The position numbers were made by a program, and so were the translations under genes. Shown here one piece after another: positions 1 to 14,085 of a stretch of 64,000 nucleotides of DNA. This DNA is from Tubulanus polymorphus. Its lineage: Eukaryota > Animalia > Nemertea. Every line of letters starts with the position of its first letter. Position 1 is the stretch's first letter. The notes under the pieces were generated by a model, which saw only the letters and a program-made list of their open reading frames with translations, did not search any database and was not told where the DNA came from. The stretch lies in NCBI RefSeq assembly GCF_964204645.1, contig NC_134028.1:15817653-15881652 (forward strand). Reading direction: 5' to 3'.

Positions 1-745
1 GCCTGAAAAAGCATTAAGATGTTCTTCAATTCTGGGGAGACAATACCTATCGGGGATTGTGTTTTTATAGTTCCTGATAATCTATGCAAAATCGTAATTC
101 CCCAGTTTTTTTTCTAATCAAAACTACGGGTGAGGCGAAAGCTCTCGATGACGGCCTGATTACCCCAGTTGCCAGCATCATTTTAAGATGTTCCCGGACC
201 TCGTCAACCATAGCTGGAGGGATGAGTCTATACCGTGGAAAAATCGGGCTATGATCGGATGAATTTATACGATGTTCAACTAGATGCGTCCTACCTAAAT
301 CCGAATCCGAGGTAGAAAATATAGACCGTCAGGCTCACTATAACGATGTCAATTTGTCCATGGTCTCGGGTACTACATCATTTAATTTAAACATAGATAA
401 AAATTGTTCTCGTGACATATTATTGTGCCAGACTGTTCAGGAATCTACTAATTATCCTGAGAAAAACTAGATAAATCAGCTTCAACTGAATCATGAGGAG
501 AATCACGCAATATCTGACAAATTAACTACTTTACGACCCGCCAGTAAATCGACAGCTGAGATAGAACAAATACAAACTCCGGAAGGGATAGAAATTAAAC
601 GCTGGCCCTTATTACAGATTCTTACTGCGACACGTGAAACTGATGCATAGCCAACTTCCTGAGCGGAAAGAATGACCATAAGTCGTCTAGGGAGACTGCT
701 ATATAAAGACGATGTCATACTCAAAACATCGGGAGGCAATGTGAT
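1..745 (-). pseudogene. Degenerate Ty3/Gypsy pol fragment (protease-RT linker and RT N-terminus), running off the window start
   Basis: Minus-strand translation of about 90-275 reads HRINSSDHSPIFPRYRLIPPAMVDEVREHLKMMLATGVIRPSSRAFASPVVLIRKKTGELRFCIDY, then frameshifted IPDRYCLPRIEE. These are Gypsy RT N-terminal motifs, with stops and frameshifts. Confidence 0.9.
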
Positions 746-763
746 TGTGAGCTAAAAGCGAAT

Positions 764-1566
764 GTGATTGGCTGTTTTTGGGATATACAGGGAATTCCGG
801 CGCTACTAAAATGATTATGGGAAAGCCATTTATGGTGAACGTTTCATTGGACTAGGTGCCGTATATGTGCTCATTGCTGGTGAGAATATAATTATTTCAC
901 ATATCGCCATAGGTATTGTTTCATTTTAATACCCGGTGATTGTGTTGATTGGGATTGAAACGAAATGAATGTTCACTACACAAAGCCTCCATGTGCGCGG
1001 GAGTGCTAAACAATAGACTGTTGCACACACAAACACACGGTCATACTAGACTACTATATGGTGATGCTGTAACGCTGCTCGGCACGTGCAGGTTTGGTAA
1101 TAATGATAACAGGCTGAATAATCGCTGTAGCAGAGGATGAGCACTGTGTTTTCTGTTTGAGAGAATTTATAATAAATTGTAATTTCTTGTGACCTGAAAA
1201 TACTAAGCACCAGACTCTAGGTATAGGTCGAGGTTTGAATATTGTAGTTGTAAATTCCAGGATTTAAAACGATCTTATACTTCGCCCCGGTGTTTTAGCT
1301 TCCGCGGCCATACATTGGAAGAGGTTTCGTTTCCAAGACTCAATTTTCAGCCACCCTCTGATATGTGACACCATATGAATTTTATTTGAATGTTTTTTCA
1401 TATTGTGCGAATATCTTTTTGAAAATATAAAATAGTTTCCCTGCTACGTCTACCTGTACCTACGAAATTTTGGACGTATACCATAAACAAATGTTTATCT
1501 TTGGTCTTATTTGACTACAAAATAATTCTTTAAGAAAGATAAAATACAATATAAACTTCTAGAACT
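764..1566 (+). mobile_element. Copy of composite interspersed repeat 'family A', inserted between Gypsy gag and pol
   Basis: Colinear with 17348-17970 and with 44987-45600 plus 46166-46350 (shared GATTGGCTGTTTTTGGGATATAC, TTTTAATACCCGGTGATTG, CCACCCTCTGA, AAGAAAGATAAAATACAATATAAACTT). Confidence 0.8.
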
Positions 1567-1619
1567 CGACAAAACTGCAAGTCTCAAACTATAAGTCTCC
1601 TCATTAATACATTGAGCTC

Positions 1620-2443
1620 GTCCAGAGAGCCGAGAATCTGGAAAATTATGTCATCTAAACGGCATGACCACTGACTGACTAATGGATTCCCCGGCTCTCT
1701 GGACAGGGAGATAGAATTGATGTGAGCTTTCTTCAAGCAAATGTACCTCGCTGAATACCAAAGTCATTTTGTCTAGAATGTCTTTGACCGTGGCACCCTC
1801 TCCAGTATTAAATAGCACGCTTACAGCAGAACCTAGTAAAGATCTGCACACGACCATAATAATTTGCAACTCAAATGCACGTATCTCCATTTGCCACTGT
1901 ATTCCCTGCAAATAAAGCTGAACCACTCATCTCGCTAGGCTTCGGCAACGGAGTTTATAAACCTTCAAGGTTAGGGGATGCCGCCATTTTGTCTCTTGAC
2001 AAACTAGGTAATGGAGTCCTCCTTTTTTCCATCTCACAAAACAAATAATCTTGCTTCCTGGATCTAACCCCTCGAAGCACCTTAGAACGGCAGAAAGTTG
2101 TTCTAACTCTGGCTTAACCCCCTTTTGAATCTAGGCCAGAGGTATGTCTAATCTATGGTTGAAAAACTTGAGTGACCAAATATCAGTCTTGCTCTTTCAT
2201 AGCCATTTTGGCACTCATTGTGTATTCTGAGCCGGACTGATCTATACGTTGACCATGAAAACTCTTGACCAAATGTTGGGCCAATACTGCAGACAAAAAT
2301 GATATAAAATTCCCTGCGGTGTGCTGTCTAATAATGGCTTTTACCTCAAGACCTACTTCGCTGAACCAGCTAGTGATCATTTCAGGTTGGGTGAGGGTTA
2401 TATCTACCCCAGATAAATAAACAACACGCTCGTTTGGTGCCAT
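1620..2443 (-). pseudogene. Degenerate Gypsy gag (PNMA-like capsid), likely the same element as 1-745
   Basis: ORFs 2183-2443 and 1651-1926. RSLLGSAVSVLFNTGEGATVKDILDKMTLVFSEV...QFYLPVQRAGESI resembles PNMA/Gypsy capsid (SLxGxA...QxxGES). Same strand as, and upstream of, the pol fragment. Confidence 0.7.
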
Positions 2444-2829
2444 TTCTGTTTAACACTAAAAATATTTCACAACTGACCCCTAGCCCTGCTGTGGAAAACA
2501 GCACTGAAAACTGGAAAAAGAATATCAGCCAGCTGGGTAGCAGGTCTCTCAGAAACTCAGTATTACTGATCTATGTACTGTGAACACACTTTTTTTTCCC
2601 TACAGTAAATTTTTAGGTATCGCACAACAACATACGATTTACAACAAGCATAACAATTTCTTTCTACACGTGGAATATCATCAGATGTGCGATAACAATT
2701 TCGCTGTCGTCATGCCCGGAAACTCGAATAATCGTCACCAATGCACGGCAAAATATGTTATCGTAAGGGTACATAAGCGTTAGCACAAACAAAGCAGAGC
2801 ACAGCAAGAAACAAACAAGCGTACCTACA

Positions 2830-3140
2830 GGCTGGCCATAGTGCCTCTTGGGGTCTTTTTTCATATTGTATTGATCCCTAGGCATATTTTGTAACCACAA
2901 TTAATTGCAAAATAGTAGCTAGTTACATTTTCAATGATTGTGGTGAGTGTCAAGGTCATTGTTTTTTGTTTATGGTCACCAGGGGGTGTTAAATAGCTGA
3001 ATAAGTTAGTATTTGCATATTGTATTTGGACTCTAGATATATTTTGTAACCAAAATCAATTGTGAAATTGTAGCTCATTCCATGTTCTATGACTGTGATG
3101 AGTCCTTGTTATCTTATCATGTTCATCTGGCGGTATTGAA
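2830..3140 (+). repeat. Diverged ~154-bp satellite-like units of HINE family B
   Basis: GGCATATTTTGTAACCACAAT...ATGATTGTGGTGAG...CAAGGTCATT...TGGTCACCAGGGGGTG, as at 20651-21120 and 41900-42350. Confidence 0.75.
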
Positions 3141-4119
3141 TACCGTATTATCTGGTGTACAAGTCAACCTGATGTCGAGGTCAAATTTTCAGTTTAAAAA
3201 GTTGTACTAAGGCTATAGTCGGTGTATAAGTCGAGTCCCTTCTTCTTATGATTACATATGTCGCTTATGAAAACATTGCTTTGGTAATTCTCATAGTAGT
3301 TGAGAGTCTTTACCACTGTTCGCAATAAATCATTGGGATCGGTTTTTTCTGGTAGTGCTCATTGTATCCAAGTGTTGAATGTATTGTGTATACATTGAAT
3401 ATACACATTGTGTATACACGGCGTGGCTATAAAAAATGCTGTAAATGACACACACGCGCACTTTTCTTTCTCATTTGATTTTTAACATCAGTTAATTTTA
3501 AACCATATCCAAACTATAAGAAACTATTTTATCAAACATTCTTAAGTCTAGTTGTTACACTAGTGTAGCCTAACATTGTTATGACGTATTTGGGGTTTGA
3601 ACCTGGTACGTCAGTTAATTGTGACTTGTATTCCAAAAATCTATTCGCCGCCTTATCCCAAAGACGTGAAATTGCTTTTCACATTGTACATATGTGTGAG
3701 ATTAAATAATACATGAACGATACGAAGAGCATTGTCGCTATAGTTTTAATTACGATTAGGTTATCTACGGATAGGATAGAATAAGTATATCGAAGGTTAT
3801 TGGCCAACCACGATGACATCACATGCCGTCTTATACTTTACTCAAAACTATAAATGAGGTTATCAGAATCATAACAAAAGAGATAAGCCTATTTGTAAAG
3901 ATAGGCAGACCAGAGTCAACAACTCTGAATAAACAAACAATCTGATTCTTGACCTTAGACTGTAATAAATCAAGTCGGTTTTCCAATTGTGAAACATCCA
4001 CTAGTTTGGGCAAGTCGTTGACCCTGCTGGTCATAATGCATGTGCTGTGGAAAGATAGGTGTACCTGTGGGGTTTGCCTCAGCGAGGCCACCACCACCCA
4101 CGGAGGGAGGGGCCTGAAT

Positions 4120-4954
4120 TATTTTCAGGAAATTTTGAAGATGTTAAAGTCAATTACCTTGATCTTTCGTATGTATTTGAATCCCCCAAGGGCCTATCAG
4201 CATAAGGAAAGTTGAGTTGATCGGACTCAAGATGGCCGCCCTATGACCTTTTTTGTGCCCAAAATTTTGGCCTGAATTCTGAGTCCTGTAGCTTTCCACT
4301 GGTTTGCCATTTCTCATTGCAATTTGTGATGGGAATTCTTTGGAAAGGGATGTTTTATACCTGAAACAGGTAATTTCGATCAGCCAATTATGGCGCAATT
4401 GGCGGCCATCTTGGTGTCATCAGTACTCATTCGTAGGTGGGAATAAGTTTTTCCACATTATATTGATACCTAAGCAATTTGTGTTCCCTCAATCAATCGG
4501 AAAGTTGTAGCTCGTATCGTGTTCAATGATTGGGGTGAGTTTCAAGGACATTAGTTATGCTATATGGTCACCAGAGGTCATTGAATAGTAGAATAACTTA
4601 GAGTATTTCCTTATTAGATTGGTACCTAGGCATATTTTGTCACCATGATCAATTGCAAAGTTATAGTTCATGACATGTTCTATGATTGTGATTCATTGGG
4701 TTTTGCATATGGAAACCAGGGGGCGTTGAGTAGAAGAATAACTTCCATATCAAATTGGTAACGAGGCATATTTTGTTATCACAATCGATGACAAAATCGT
4801 AGCTGCTGACATATTCTATGACTCTGGTGAGTTTCAAGGTCATTGGTTTTTGTACAAGCCAATGGACTTCAGGGGGTGTTGAATATTGAAATTGTTAGAT
4901 TGTTGAGCATTTGAAACCACTTCCCAAGTGGCCATGGTGTCCCTGGACCCCTAG
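4120..4954 (+). mobile_element. 5'-truncated non-autonomous Helentron-like element (HINE family B)
   Basis: Colinear with 19146-21186 (minus its nested insert) and 43935-44784. Ends GAAACCACTTCCCAAGTGGCCATGGTGTCCCTGGACCCCTAG followed by TT. Confidence 0.8.
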
Positions 4955-6779
4955 TTTCTTTCAGCTGTAGATTTTTTATTGGTTTCGTTGTCAGACCCAT
5001 CTATGGCATCGTCTTCATGTCTGTCTGTGTGTTGATGTTTCTTTATGACATGATTTAAGCTGATTGTGTCGACCGATTTTTCTGTAAATTGGCACATATA
5101 TTCTATACTTGGTGTAGATGGTGCAACTTGGTTTATATTTGACTCTGATACTTTTAAGTGCTCAAACTTGGTTATAGAATTATCAAAGTTACTCGTTAGT
5201 TTAAGCCACTGTATCGCATTACTAAGGCGACGCTCAATTCACTCGCTGTGTGTGTGTGTGTGTGTAACACGCGCGCGATATTCAGCCCTTATGCCAAGAG
5301 ACTGGGGAGTGCTATGGACACAAGTACGCAGTGAGAACTTTTGGAATTGGGAAAAGGCCGGATCTTTCTTTGCAGGTTCAGACAGTCACTACTTATTACG
5401 TTAAAACCTGCGTAAATTAATTGGCCAGCTGAGATTCCGTCTGATTATATCACTCGAATTTACTGGGTACAGGCTCAATCACATTCGCAAGAAATACTGA
5501 TGACACGGTCGAAGTTTAATTACATAACAAAACAAACGAGACATTTTGATGAATAGAGTTTATTTTGTTTGAAAAAAAACATCATTTAAACACCGAAATA
5601 ATATCAACACACCACGCGCGATTCTTTTTTTCACAAGAGAGTTTCCACCATTTTGTCTGTGCGCATGCTCTGCTGTATTTGTAAACACATGCACATGGAA
5701 TCGCTGAACAGCATCCGAACCATCATTTGAACCCATCATTTTTTATGCCCTAACGTTAGCAATCGTTGGAGCCCGGCTATCTTGTATTTAGTTTGCCACA
5801 CTGATGATTTTGATATTTTTGATACTTAGTGCACAACGCGAGTCGATTGCATTGTCAGCAATAAGGCATTAACCGTTTACCAATAATGTATCAATTACGT
5901 GTAGTAATGTATAATGCTTCCCACGGAGCAGATTTGTGTTTTTAACGCGTGCATCAACAGACCGACATTTTAATTGTCGAATGGTCATGGGAAGACATGG
6001 TGTCACATTTAAAAGCGTTTTAAGCTTAGGCCTAAATTGCTTTACTATTAAAAGATATCCTATCATGAATGAAACTATTGAAAGTCACATTCAGTAGATG
6101 AACTTGATTTCAACAGTAACCGGCCGTACTGCCCTGAAATTTGAATAACTTATAAAGCAGCTTCTGATTTTGTTTGTCCCGAGTAGTTTATGTTCAAGAT
6201 TCAAAATGTGCATAATTAATCTTGCGTAACTGTTGTTCTTCCGCTGGTGAATATTGTTTTCTTGTTCCACTTGGTCAATCGTAATGCATCCGAAAGTCCC
6301 TGCCCTACGGGGACGGGAAATGGAAATTAGCGATCCATAGCGCCGGGACAGCAAAAAAAGATTCACATAGCGGTAACAGCTTTTATTCCTTGTGTACGGA
6401 CTCGATCCACAGCGTCAAATATAGCCAACATCCTCCTCCGCATAGTTGATCAATGGGGATCAACAGCGCTAGCTAGCGCCATCTTCAACAACAAACTTTT
6501 GATTTCCACTAATTCATATTTATACTGTTTTTAAGAGCTCAATTAGATCACTTTTTTCAAACATTGGTCTGTAACATTTTTCTAACTGATATCGTTTAAT
6601 CTTGAGAAATCGAATGAAATTGAATGGTTGAAATGGTTTTCAAATATCTGATATCCAATCTTTAAAATCATCCACCCGTGAATACAACCCAAACTTAAAG
6701 TTACCGCAGGAACAACATCAATTTGACCTAAGCAACTCAGGTGATGTCACCTTCATTTATGCAATACAAAAATTTTACC

Positions 6780-6787
6780 TGTGTGTG

Positions 6788-6819
<32 letters not shown>

Positions 6820-6823
6820 TGTG
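6780..6823. repeat. Compound microsatellite (TG)n(CGTG)n
   Basis: Directly visible. Confidence 0.95.
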
Positions 6824-7285
6824 GATTGAGAACGTCACCGGAGGTGATCACCGATGACTGGTGTTACACTTAATTGTCGTCACTGCTAATTATATGTTGT
6901 TGTCACTCTGTAAGGTGATGATTCAACGCCAAATGTCAGGGCTCTACCTATCGAAAGGCCCTCAAAGGAAACAGTAGTAGCAGTAACATTTGGCCTATTA
7001 TAAGTCATCACCAGAAATAGAAGATCGGCAGTGTATTGCTGATAAATAGTCGATATGGTTAACCGGTTTAGGTGCTAAATGGATGGACAAGCTAACTTGT
7101 ACCCAATAAGGCAGATTAACGAATGGAGTGATGTCACACTCGGCGATTTTTATCTATGAAAAACAATTGCAAAATTAAATCTACCTTGCTTATGTAAAAT
7201 CTTCTAAGAGATGATATGTACTTTATTTACCAAGGCCAACTTGGTTACAGTACATACTTGTAATCCATATCCGAAATGACTCCTG

Positions 7286-7379
7286 TGTCACCCTGATATA
7301 ATTTGCATATTTCATAATCATATAGATCTACAATGTCATATCGAACAGTTCATAACATTTCATAGCTCTACTACATATT

Positions 7380-7416
<37 letters not shown>

Positions 7417-9458
7417 TAATATTACTTATGACTCAACATGTTTTCACGATAATTAGCTATAGTCAGTGCTCATCGATAATTAATTAATGTCTCTCAAACA
7501 TGTCACGAGGTGTTTGTTTGTGAGTCCTGATGTCTACAACTTGTCTGACACCTAGTTCTCACATTATACTCATGATTCTGTATATAAAGACTATGTAAGG
7601 CTATGATAATCATTCTCATTCCGGGATGCAATAAAGATTGTACATATAAGGTTTAACTGCCTTGTTGTTCCTGATGGATGGAATCCTGTACCGCTGGTGT
7701 AAATGCTAGTTCCCCCAGCCAGCCTGCCGATACAACAACCAGCCGGTTACAGATGGCGGAGAACCGGATTTACCTTCACAGATCGACGGTTACAGATGGT
7801 GGAGAACCCAAATTTAAGTCCTCGTGACTTACACAAGTACAGATGAAGCTGTTAAACTATTGGTTGTGACTGGAACGTTGACCTCACGAGAAGATCGTAT
7901 TCAACTACACCTGTGACGAGATGGCCGTACTGATCATGAACATTGCTGCTTTTTCAGTGGATACAATGCATTACGGTAACTTTTTGTCAACCGAAGGTAA
8001 TACAGTTTCTTCTTTGTCTCGAATTAGTGGTCAGATGAACATGATAGAAAATTATAGGAATTTGGATATAAGATACTACCGTACGATCAAAAAAGTTATC
8101 GCCGGTTTAAATAGTATGATTCACAATTCTTTTTTTTCTAGGCATCTAATTCCAATCAGCATAAATCAATTTTAGTTTCATTTCGTACTATAAGTATTAG
8201 AATACGGAACACTTTTCAGGGGATATGTCTAAGGTTAATTAGTCAAATTCATCTACTTACAGGACAGTGCGTATCTATACTTTTTTCGCAACAAACTATT
8301 TCGACTATACTAAAGGTTTAATCGGCAATTTTCATTTTCATAGGTTCATATTTTTTGTTTGTTAGTATAACTAAAACATGAAGATGAATTGGTTGAATTT
8401 TTATGTGGACAAATATATAATCTCAGTTACACCTGGCCACTTATTTTGGATGATGATAATTTTTTCCTTTTGGTTGACAAGGGTAACTGTATTCGTGTTG
8501 TGTCATTGCCTGAACTCTGCTCTGATGTCAAATGTTGCATGTTACTATCATTGTGTCACGAAGTTATTTCCAGTCAGTAATCGAAAGGTCTTCAAAACAG
8601 AGAAATGCGTACTACTTGCAACTTGCATCACCAACTGATCTTCGGGACGCTATAACTACACAACACGTCGCTACTTCTGTTCGTCGCAGAACCAACCAGA
8701 ATTCGGGGATCCTCTGCAGATCATTCAAAATCACAGTTAACGTAATATCGCATCATCCGTAAATAACGACAACATGTGACTCTTTCGTGAATGACTGAGA
8801 ATCTGGATGTTACTGTCCAACGTTTGCACATTTTCGCACGGTGGAACTCAATTTTACACGTTCTCGCAGTGGAAGGAGTTTTAATGAAGTTATAGCATCT
8901 GCGTTTTCCGCAAATTTGGAGGACCAAATTTAATTGGACAAGGGGGCATCTGTCACCCTGATATAATTTGCATATTTCATAATCATATAGATCTACAATG
9001 TCATATCGAACAGTTCATAACATTTCATAGCTCTACTACATATTATAAATGATAATAATAATAATAATGATAATATAATATAACTTATGACTATAGTGTC
9101 AATATGTGCTTTAAGATCGTAATCAACATGTGACATTACTCAACATGTTTTCACGATAATTAGCTATAGTCAGTGCTCATCGATAATTAATTAATGTCTC
9201 TCAAACATGTCTCTAGGTGTTTGTTTGTGAGTCCTGATGTCTACAACTTGTCTGACTCCTAGTTCTCACATTATACTCATGATTCTGTATATAAAGACTA
9301 TGTAAAGCTATGATAATCATTCTCATTCCGGGATGCAATAAAGATTGTACATATAAGGTTTAACTGCCTTGTTGTTCCTGATGGATGGAATCCTGTACCG
9401 CTGGTGTAAATGCTAGTTCCCCCAGCCAGCCTGCCGATACAACAACCCGCCGGTTACA
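7286..9458 (+). mobile_element. Complete non-autonomous LTR retroelement (TRIM/LARD-like) with 4-bp TSD CCTG
   Basis: LTRs 7286-7751 and 8951-9458, both TGTCA...TTACA and near-identical apart from a ~42-bp indel and (AAT)n variation. CCTG at 7282-7285 and 9459-9462. PBS-like TGGCGGAGAA after the 5' LTR and purine tract AAGGGGG before the 3' LTR. No retroviral ORF inside. Confidence 0.92.
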
Positions 9459-9521
9459 CCTGTGCTGCCAATCAAATAGGATGCATGTAGATGAATAAAT
9501 AGATCATTTCTCATTTTGCAG

Positions 9522-9594
9522 TTTAAGGGATCATATCAAAAAGACAAATGTGAGCACTGGAGGAAATCACAATACACAGAACTCCCCTTTAATG
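9522..9594 (+). CDS. EXOC7: Exocyst complex component 7 (Exo70), internal coding exon
   Basis: CATTTTGCAG acceptor, ATG|GTAAGT donor, 73 nt, phase 2 to 0. Encodes LRDHIKKTNVSTGGNHNTQNSPLM, matching vertebrate EXOC7 LKEHFHKSSSSSGVPYSPAI as recalled. Confidence 0.8.
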
Positions 9595-10019
9595 GTAAGT
9601 AGATTTTTCTAGCGGTAGCTTTAATTCCCCCTGAGCTATGTACTAAAATGGGTTTGCACTAAATTTAAAGATTTTCGGTGACATTTCACAAAGTTGCCCT
9701 TTAGACGACTGAAAAAGAAAAATTTTAACATGCGCTATCATCATTAACTAAAGGGCACATGCCGTCTGAATTGTAATTTCCATGATTACTTAACCAGAAG
9801 AAACTTCAGTATATATAAAGACCTGAGATCTGAATGATTGAATAAAGGTTTTCTAATTAGCCGTAAATCAGTAATTCATTTATCCTTTACTCCTTTTCTC
9901 GTACACACCCCCCTTGGTGCTATTTACAACGCTATCTATGACAACACAAGCACGTGTGCATGCTATCATGTGTAGGCTATGTACAATTGATGAAATAAAC
10001 ATCACTAAGAATTCACAGA

Positions 10020-10340
10020 CCAATGGTGCTACTCGCTAATATATGTTTATCATCTAATTTACAACAGCTGCAAAAGTATACAGTGGAAAGAGTTAATTTA
10101 TTTAAGAACACTTCCAAAATGATAAAATACCCTATGAAATATCTAATGAAATGTCGGGAAGCCATGAGTGTTTGTCAAAGATGGCGTCAGGAAATCACAC
10201 CAGGTAACTTACGTAAACAATAACAGTGAGCATCTTCTGAAATTGATTAAGTTGCATTTCTCAGTAACGGCTGAACTAAAATTTAAACCATTAGCATGTT
10301 TGGTATTTGTGAATATATTACATTTGAAAATAACTTTTAC
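10020..10340 (+). repeat. Interspersed repeat shared with about 27970-28280
   Basis: Shared GTTTGTCA.AGATG.CGTCAG, TAAACAATAACAGTGAGCA, GGCTGAACTAAA and TATTTGTGAAT. Confidence 0.65.
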
Positions 10341-13300
10341 ACACTCTTTTTTTTTTACGCCTTATAAAACGTTACCATTATGAAACCTAAACAATGTTAA
10401 CCATTCAGCGTCATTTTACAAACGACAGCCGTAAATCGATGTGCAAAACGTCACAGGTCTATGTGTACACAAACAAGCTATCTGGCAAAATATTATTGAC
10501 ATACATGTAGAATGGCTTCCTGTGATTATATAATGACCTATATTTGAACGTCGAAATGTTATATTGCATTGAATATCATTAGAAGACGTATTGTAATAGT
10601 AAAGGATGTATGATTATATCAGAAGCGGCAGGCATAAATAGAAATGATAAGTAAATCGGATTATTCGGTTAAATGGCGGATGTATACACGATTTGGAAGT
10701 CTGATATAAAAGTCAGACCCTGACGTGGGCATGCCGGTGGAATGACGAAGCTATCTACGATGTGTGTAGGGCCGGCGTGAATTTCATCAGCGGCTACAAG
10801 CGGTCAATATGAAAATGTGTAAACATATAATTTCAATATTCAAACGTTTCAATATGTTTGATATAAGGAGTATGCAGGTTTCGTGAGATTAGCAATTTAT
10901 AATAGCATAGCTGTCATATACGGCTCCGCGTCTTCTGATGGCATGTGTATTAGGTGACAATTCAATTCAATTCTTTATTGATCCCTTTACATTGAAATTC
11001 CGGGATAAAATTCCCAAATTCAATAAATACAAATTTTAAAATAAATGAATACAACATACATGACACACGGGTAATTCATACAGAACAACATAAGCATGTT
11101 ATTTTAAATGACAATGTCTACTTCAACCCACCCAGACTCAAGACTCTAGGATATCGAGCGACAGCCAAACCCGTGGCCCAGGCCGGCTGGCTAGGCCACA
11201 CGATATGTTCGAAGTCATGATGAAGCAGACATCAGAAGAGCTCTTTCTTCAACCATGGAGGCTATGAAGTTGCAGACCAGCTTAGAGGCATAAGTAAATG
11301 AAGTCGGTCGCAAGTTCGCGATCAATTATTGAGAATTTTCAATAAAAAAATTTAAACTACTACTAGAGTCGAAGACCTGTATCATCTACCCAATCGCCAA
11401 ATCTCATCATTCCCCAAATTTCTTAAAACTTCGATTTCAAATTTGCAATTCCACATTAGTTTAGCCCAGAAATTCTAAATTTTTTTCGCAGGCGTCAAAT
11501 AATTTTCTAAAATTAATTCCCTTGTTGATGGCATTTGCCCTTCAACTAACCTCTTTTTTGACTCCTTAAAAGATGAGTAAGATTCTATCTAACTGCTGAA
11601 GTCATTATGAGGTTCCATGAGATACACATGCGTAGATTTGATAGTCAATTGCATGCTTGATTCCAGCGAAGAGCATTGTCGTTCTATCATTCGGACTTAA
11701 TGGATTGAATTTTCGTTTATCGGTGTCAAAACCTAACTTACAAGGCGCAGTCCTCTTGTTAGGCCATCTAAGCGCACGCTAGACGTTTGACATTGTGTAA
11801 CAAAAATTTTTGTTGGTGGAGGCAATTGGATTTTTTTTCTGGTGTTCGCTTGTCGAAACCGCACCGTCATTTCAAATATTTTACCAGTGCCGATCATGGC
11901 CAAAGAATTGGAAGAATTTAACTTTGCCGAGGCGCTTTTTAGCAAGCCGCTATCTCAAACTGCAAATGCGGTTGGTGGAGAGTCTGAATCGACGATGAGA
12001 TGGACTGGAACAGTCGATAAAGATGCAATGAATGATGAAGTAAGTGGATTTTCACAATTTCCTCAAAATCATGGTGACTCAGCTAAAAAGTTGAGTAAGG
12101 AGAGTGCCTCTGTCGCTAAAATTAGTAAGACTATGTCACGGACCAGAAAGTTGGATAAAAACAAGCTTTCTAACCGTGGTATTGGGGGCAATCCCTCACC
12201 GGCGCTTGAAATTCACGATGAAAATTCACATGAATTCGATGGAATTGAGGCTATGATTGTATCTAAAGTGGGCAATGTTATAGATTCTAGGTTCAAAAAA
12301 ATGTGCCCTACCATTCAGGGTGTACCCGCACCGAATTGGCCCAGGTTATGCCCTGCTGCTACTGCTGCGGGTAGTGCCAGTGAGCACGGGATGCTGTTGA
12401 GAGCGATAGTCCATTCCCAGTTGCAAATTCTCTTACAAAATTGTTTCCTGTGATTGAAGAAGAAGGGGAAATCCCAGATGATTCACATCAGGATCTTATT
12501 TCTGAACTGACGGCTATGTATGCAGAGGATGAGGATACGGGGCCCCTGTCGATGCACAACTTGCCCCTATTCTTAAATAAGATGTCCAATGACAGGCTTC
12601 TGTTTCGAGGTTCAAACTAAACCTCATCAACCGAGGAACAAAAAATTTTCATTTTTTGTTACTCTGATGATGAGGTTTGAACCTCAAAAACTGTGAGGCA
12701 ATAAACTGTTTTTACAGAAGAAACTGTGGGTTTTATTCGTTAACTATTCTCAACGTGAATCTAAAATACAGAATAATAAAATGAGACCTCATTTTTTAGT
12801 GAAACGAGGGGGTGGCTTGTACCATTACCAACATTAATGTTCCCGACAACAGTTCTCCAATCATCAATACTCCAACCAACAATACCATCAGTACCAAAGA
12901 GGCCGCAGCAACATAGCAAGGTCATACAAAAGCAACCAAGACATCAGAAGGAAGGCCGAAAGGAACAAGTAACTAACAGCAGGTAACTAGTTTTGATCTA
13001 GAGTGGGATGAATATAAGGTGTCCATCTTGGCTAAAGCTGTCAGGTGTGAAATTTTTTAAAGCTGGCAGAACTGCTCAGTTCTTGGATTTTTGGAAAACA
13101 CTTATGCTGATCGACACATTCTGTCGTTGGTTAGGGGCATCAAAATAGAATTTGAGAATGTGCCCAACTAGTTAAGAGAACCTAAACTGTACTGTTTTGA
13201 TGACACAAGATTGATTTGGGAGTTGAAAATATGCTCCAGAAATGTGTCATTCAAGAGACAAAAGAAGAACAAGATCAATTTGTATCCAACATATTTACTA

Positions 13301-13607
13301 GAAATAAGAAAGATTGTTCTTGGAGAGTTATCTTAGATCTAACTGAACTTAATAAGGTCATTGTATATCATCATTTTAAGATGGACACCCTAGATTCTGC
13401 CATTAACTTGATTACTCCTAACTGTTATATGGCCACTATTGATTGGAAAGATGCGTATCATCGTATTCCTGTTGCAGAGCAATTTAGAAAATATTTCATG
13501 GTCAGGTGGAGAGATAAATATTATTTCTACAACGCCATGCCAAATAGACTAATGGACTAATATCGGCTCCGAGGTTGTTCACTCAAATGGTCAAGGTGAT
13601 TGTAGCA

Positions 13608-14085
13608 GCCCAAAAAGATTCCAGAACAAATTGTCTCTGGTCTAAACGAGCTGTTTATTTACGCAACATACCAAGCTGTTTCTACAAAATATACAAAGAA
13701 CGAATGCTCTAAATGCCAATCAGAAATAGCCTATAATGAAAAAGCTTCAGTGTTCGAAATAATTGAATTCTAGATTTTCAAATATATAAGGGAAATGAAA
13801 CATTAATTTACAATGAGTGAACAGTGAATACGGTCGAAAATAGAAAACTTACAGCACGGTTGAAACACAAATCTAACGAATGAAGGAAAGAACAGCCGCC
13901 AGCTACACGTCAGATCACAGGACTCAATATCAACTGCCCGGACAGTTACCGGAAGCATAACAAACGAATAGAATTTTAACCAATGATAGCGGCGCAAAAT
14001 ACAGTAAATAGGGCGCCACAATTTGAATTCTGGAAACTACTTTTGATCGAGAGAAAAATAGTTTTACAGATTGAACAGCGATTAT
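13608..14085. mobile_element. MITE-like insertion splitting the DIRS RT
   Basis: RT homology stops at VKVIVA and resumes at LRKQG. Imperfect inverted repeats CAAAAAGATTCCAGAACAAATTGT and ACAATTTGAATTCTGGAAACTACTTTTTG. Confidence 0.55.
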
